Below, piece after piece: positions 60,549-64,000 of a DNA stretch of 64,000 bases; the stretch's first letter is position 1, and each line of letters starts with the position of its first letter. Location: positions 10,914,001-10,978,000 of the forward strand of contig NC_087437.1 in assembly GCF_036321535.1 (NCBI RefSeq), read 5' to 3'. Both the position numbers and the translations under genes were made by a program. The notes under the pieces are model-generated. The model worked only from the letters and a program-made list of their open reading frames with translations, had not been told where the DNA came from and made no database searches. This DNA comes from Camelus dromedarius. Lineage: Eukaryota.

Positions 60549-63500
60549 ATTAACATTTTTTTTTAAAGGCCAGCCTGCATAACACACTCCCACTGGTCTG
60601 TATTCTTTCTTCTCAAATCACTGATTCTATTATTTTGTAAAACTTTGGTTGACTCAGACTGAATTTGTATAATTTGCCCTTCTGGTCTTTCTATTACAGC
60701 ACTTAAATTATTCCACTGAAACCTGCCAAGAGCTTTCAAACCTTTAGCCTTGACTGGGAAGTGAAATTGAATAACAAATGAGCTCAAGTCAGGGGGGAAA
60801 CTCGTGTTTGAAAAGAAAGGAAGCAGCTGCTTTTGAACGTTTTGCTCCAGACCCCCTTATTTATAACACCTCTTAGAAGTTTAAAACTATTTGCCTTCCC
60901 CCGATTGATTGGATCCTTTTGGAGTTAGCTGTCTCTTCCAGGGAGGGCGGGGAGCAGGAGGGTGGCTGGCTTTGTTTCAGGAATCGCGTCCACTGCTTAA
61001 GACAGCGTGTTTTTTTTTGTTCCCGTATCAGGAACTTCAGTGATCTCCCTCTCCTGAGGGATTAGAGATTGGTAATTACTTCTGGTGAAGGAGGTTAGCC
61101 CACAGCGCTGCCGCCTGGCAGGTTTGCTAAAAATAGCAGCAGTAGGTTATTTTTAAAAATCCTCATGGAGAGATCACGACCGTGAGTCACGTTTATCTCT
61201 AGAAGGAAAATCACACAACCACCTCTGCACAAGAACAGCCACACCAGCCCGCGTAGGAGGAAACGGAGAGGTACTTGCGCGTGTGGAATTTCAAGACCCA
61301 CTTTAGTTCAGAACAGATACTCCGCATCCAAAAGATGTGCACTATTTTCTCAGCACTAGCTCTTTAACTAGTGTTTGTCATGCTTCTGTACGGCTCTTTC
61401 TACTTCTTATTTGCTTTTTTTTTTTTCCTTTCCCAGGACTATTCGTAACCTAACGGAGAAATATTCTCTGAGGAGGAATTCCATGGCAGGAGAGGTATCT
61501 GTCTTCTCTGAGTCATCAATTTCACTTGCTTACAGAACATTAAAAAGAAATTTTAAGTGATAAATGCATTAATCTACAGCTACTTGTGATGAGGCTGTTC
61601 TGGCTAAAACAGAATACATTATCTGGAAGACATCTTTCATACTCCCAAGGCACTTTAAAATAATGAAAACATATAAAATAATATCGAAGTAATTAAAGTA
61701 ATGGCAAATAAAAATGTAGCATTATATGGAATTGCCCTATTGGAGCAATACATCTCTTTTTATAAGTCCTTTGTGACATTGCTATTAATTTTTAAGTAAC
61801 AAAATATTGCTCTTGAACCAAAAATGGGATATTAACTAACACATACACTATTAATTGCTTTGCAAATGCAAAGTGCTAAATTCTAGTTTCTAAAAATAAG
61901 CCTCTAAGGTTCTCTAATAAAATCTGTGCACAGTGCCCACTTCTGAATCATCGAAGCTGTGGAGGAGAGTCCCCCTAGTGAAGCCATGAAAATAACTTCA
62001 CAAAAAAGAAAAAAAAAAAAAAAAGAAAATAACTTCACAAGACCCTGTGTCTTTTCTAGGAGCTGATCTGTGTGCGCTGGGAGCTTCGTGTTGTCCACCC
62101 TCTCTCCCCAGCCACAGTGGTCATGTTTCCATTAGCCTGGCCCTCTCCCTGAGACTCAGGGATGATTCTCCCATCCCCTTTCAGTGAATGGGTTTTCTGA
62201 GCTACCAGGGAGACACTTCTTAAAACGATGTCACCTTCTTCTGTCCCCAGACCAGCCTGTTCTCTGGGCAACCTCCCGCCATCATGGTGTCTTTAGTGCT
62301 CCCAAGTCACAAGTAGGATTCCCTTGAGATAGCAAGTAACAGGTAGAGAGGGGAGCTGAAGAGGAAGATGACTGAAAGGTGAGTCCCACTTCCCCTCCTC
62401 TTCGACCTCCCATGCCACCAGCTCTCTGCAAGGAGCTCCCTTATTTCATGAAAACTGTATCCCTGGAACTGATGGCACGGGCTCCTCAGCTTGTGAAACA
62501 AATCCTGTGTCACACCATAAACTGCTTCTACCAGCACTTCCATAAACTCTTCAGAGGGCAAGTACACGTGTGTATATATGCATAGAGTATATGTATAAAG
62601 TCATGACATTTCCTTACATTTTAAAGGTTACCAATTTTCCTCTTGGAGATTTTCAGTATAAATTAATACATTAGAAGTTCTGAGAATGCTCATCGGAGAA
62701 GAAAACAGTGGTTTAAATTGGTCTTAAGCAGCCTTCACCCACAGAACCCCTTTGGGGTGCGTGGACAGTCCCTGTTAATACCTTACAGGACTGGTGTCCT
62801 GAGGAAGCCTTGCTGGAGGGGGGCTGGGCTTTGGTTTGATACAGGAACGTGGATAGAAGTCCGCCCAGGGACCCTGCTCTACTCACCCTGTTCCCAGATC
62901 CTTGTAGTGAGGGCTGGAGCAGCAGAAGATGCAGGGACCTGTGACTCACCCCTTCCTTCTTTCACTGGCGACCACCCTCCTTTGGTGGGTCCCAGGGGAA
63001 AGGGCTCCATATGAAAGTGTGCCAGCCCCAAATTTGTACGCTATTCTACTGCCAGAGAATAAACATTGAAGTGGAATTTAAGGAGAACTCAAGGGAGCAG
63101 TCTCAGTCTGGAAATTTGCTCTCCTTAAATATGTCGGAAACAACAAAGTTAAAATCAAACAGTGGGGTGACTTAGTGCCATCCCCTCTGCTACTGATACC
63201 AATACCAGAAAATCCTGCCAATCCTGCCACCCCTAAACCTGTTGATAATTTGATAAGTCTCAGGTTTTCCACTCTGCGTCAAAGTTTAGTGACTTCAGTT
63301 AATTCCAAATTCAAGCAAACCTTGGATGTTAATACTGATTAATTGTCAGCCTAATCTTTATTCAAATATGTCAATACACTTAAGGCCAACATAAAAAGGC
63401 AAATATTTGCCCCTTGTGCTAAAGTAACCAACTTTTAAATAATAAATAGACTTTGCTTGAATCACTAATAACCATTTTTAGCCTTTTTCTCACCGGTTTT

Positions 63501-64000
63501 GAGAGATCTTGCCTAGCAAACTGTATTTACTAAGTCATTAATTTGTTTTCCCGTAACAAAAATTAATCCAAACACATATCACTTGGCTGCCTTCCCAGTC
63601 AAAAGCAAAGATACTTGCTGAGTTATATTTAGTCACTCAGTTTTGATTTTTTTGTTTATTTTGTCCTACTGCAGTTCGTATTGAAGTAGATGCAGGGAAC
63701 TTCTGCGTTTCTGCTTACTGAACTACCTAATGAATAGGAAGGAGTGAATGCTTGCGCTGCTGACAGGTCTTTAAGAAATGGAATTCGAGCACATTTCAAT
63801 TTGTTCACTCACTTGGTTTTCAGAGGACAACTCTGGGACGTCTCCTCCGGAAAGCCCGTGTCCCCCTGAAATTTCCTATCCTCGGTGTAATAAACCTGTC
63901 ACCAAGATCATAAAAAAAACTGGTAGGGAGCGCTGATCAGATGCAGATCTGTGATGCTCCGGACGCCCCCTCCCCATGTCCTGCGGAGCCCTGCGCTCAG

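Overview
Mammalian genomic DNA, most likely a camelid (inferred from the family of tRNA-derived SINEs and the young L1 3' ends). The window is intergenic or intronic and dominated by repeats: young and old L1, SINEs, ERV1 and MaLR LTRs, and MER DNA-transposon fossils. Repeat family names were assigned by eye and are provisional. I found no spliced host-gene exons. The only convincing gene is an intact, intronless, CpG-rich RNF11-like RING-H2 ORF at 16186-16608 (+). It keeps the N-terminal MGNC acylation motif and all zinc ligands but has lost the PPPY and dileucine motifs. Upstream is a compact promoter with clustered DUX-like motifs and a TATA box. The L1 3' end, promoter, ORF, LTR-derived poly(A) signal and A-tail all lie between two halves of one MER33 element and are bounded by a candidate target-site duplication. 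This suggests L1 3' transduction of a complete gene that may be active at embryonic genome activation.
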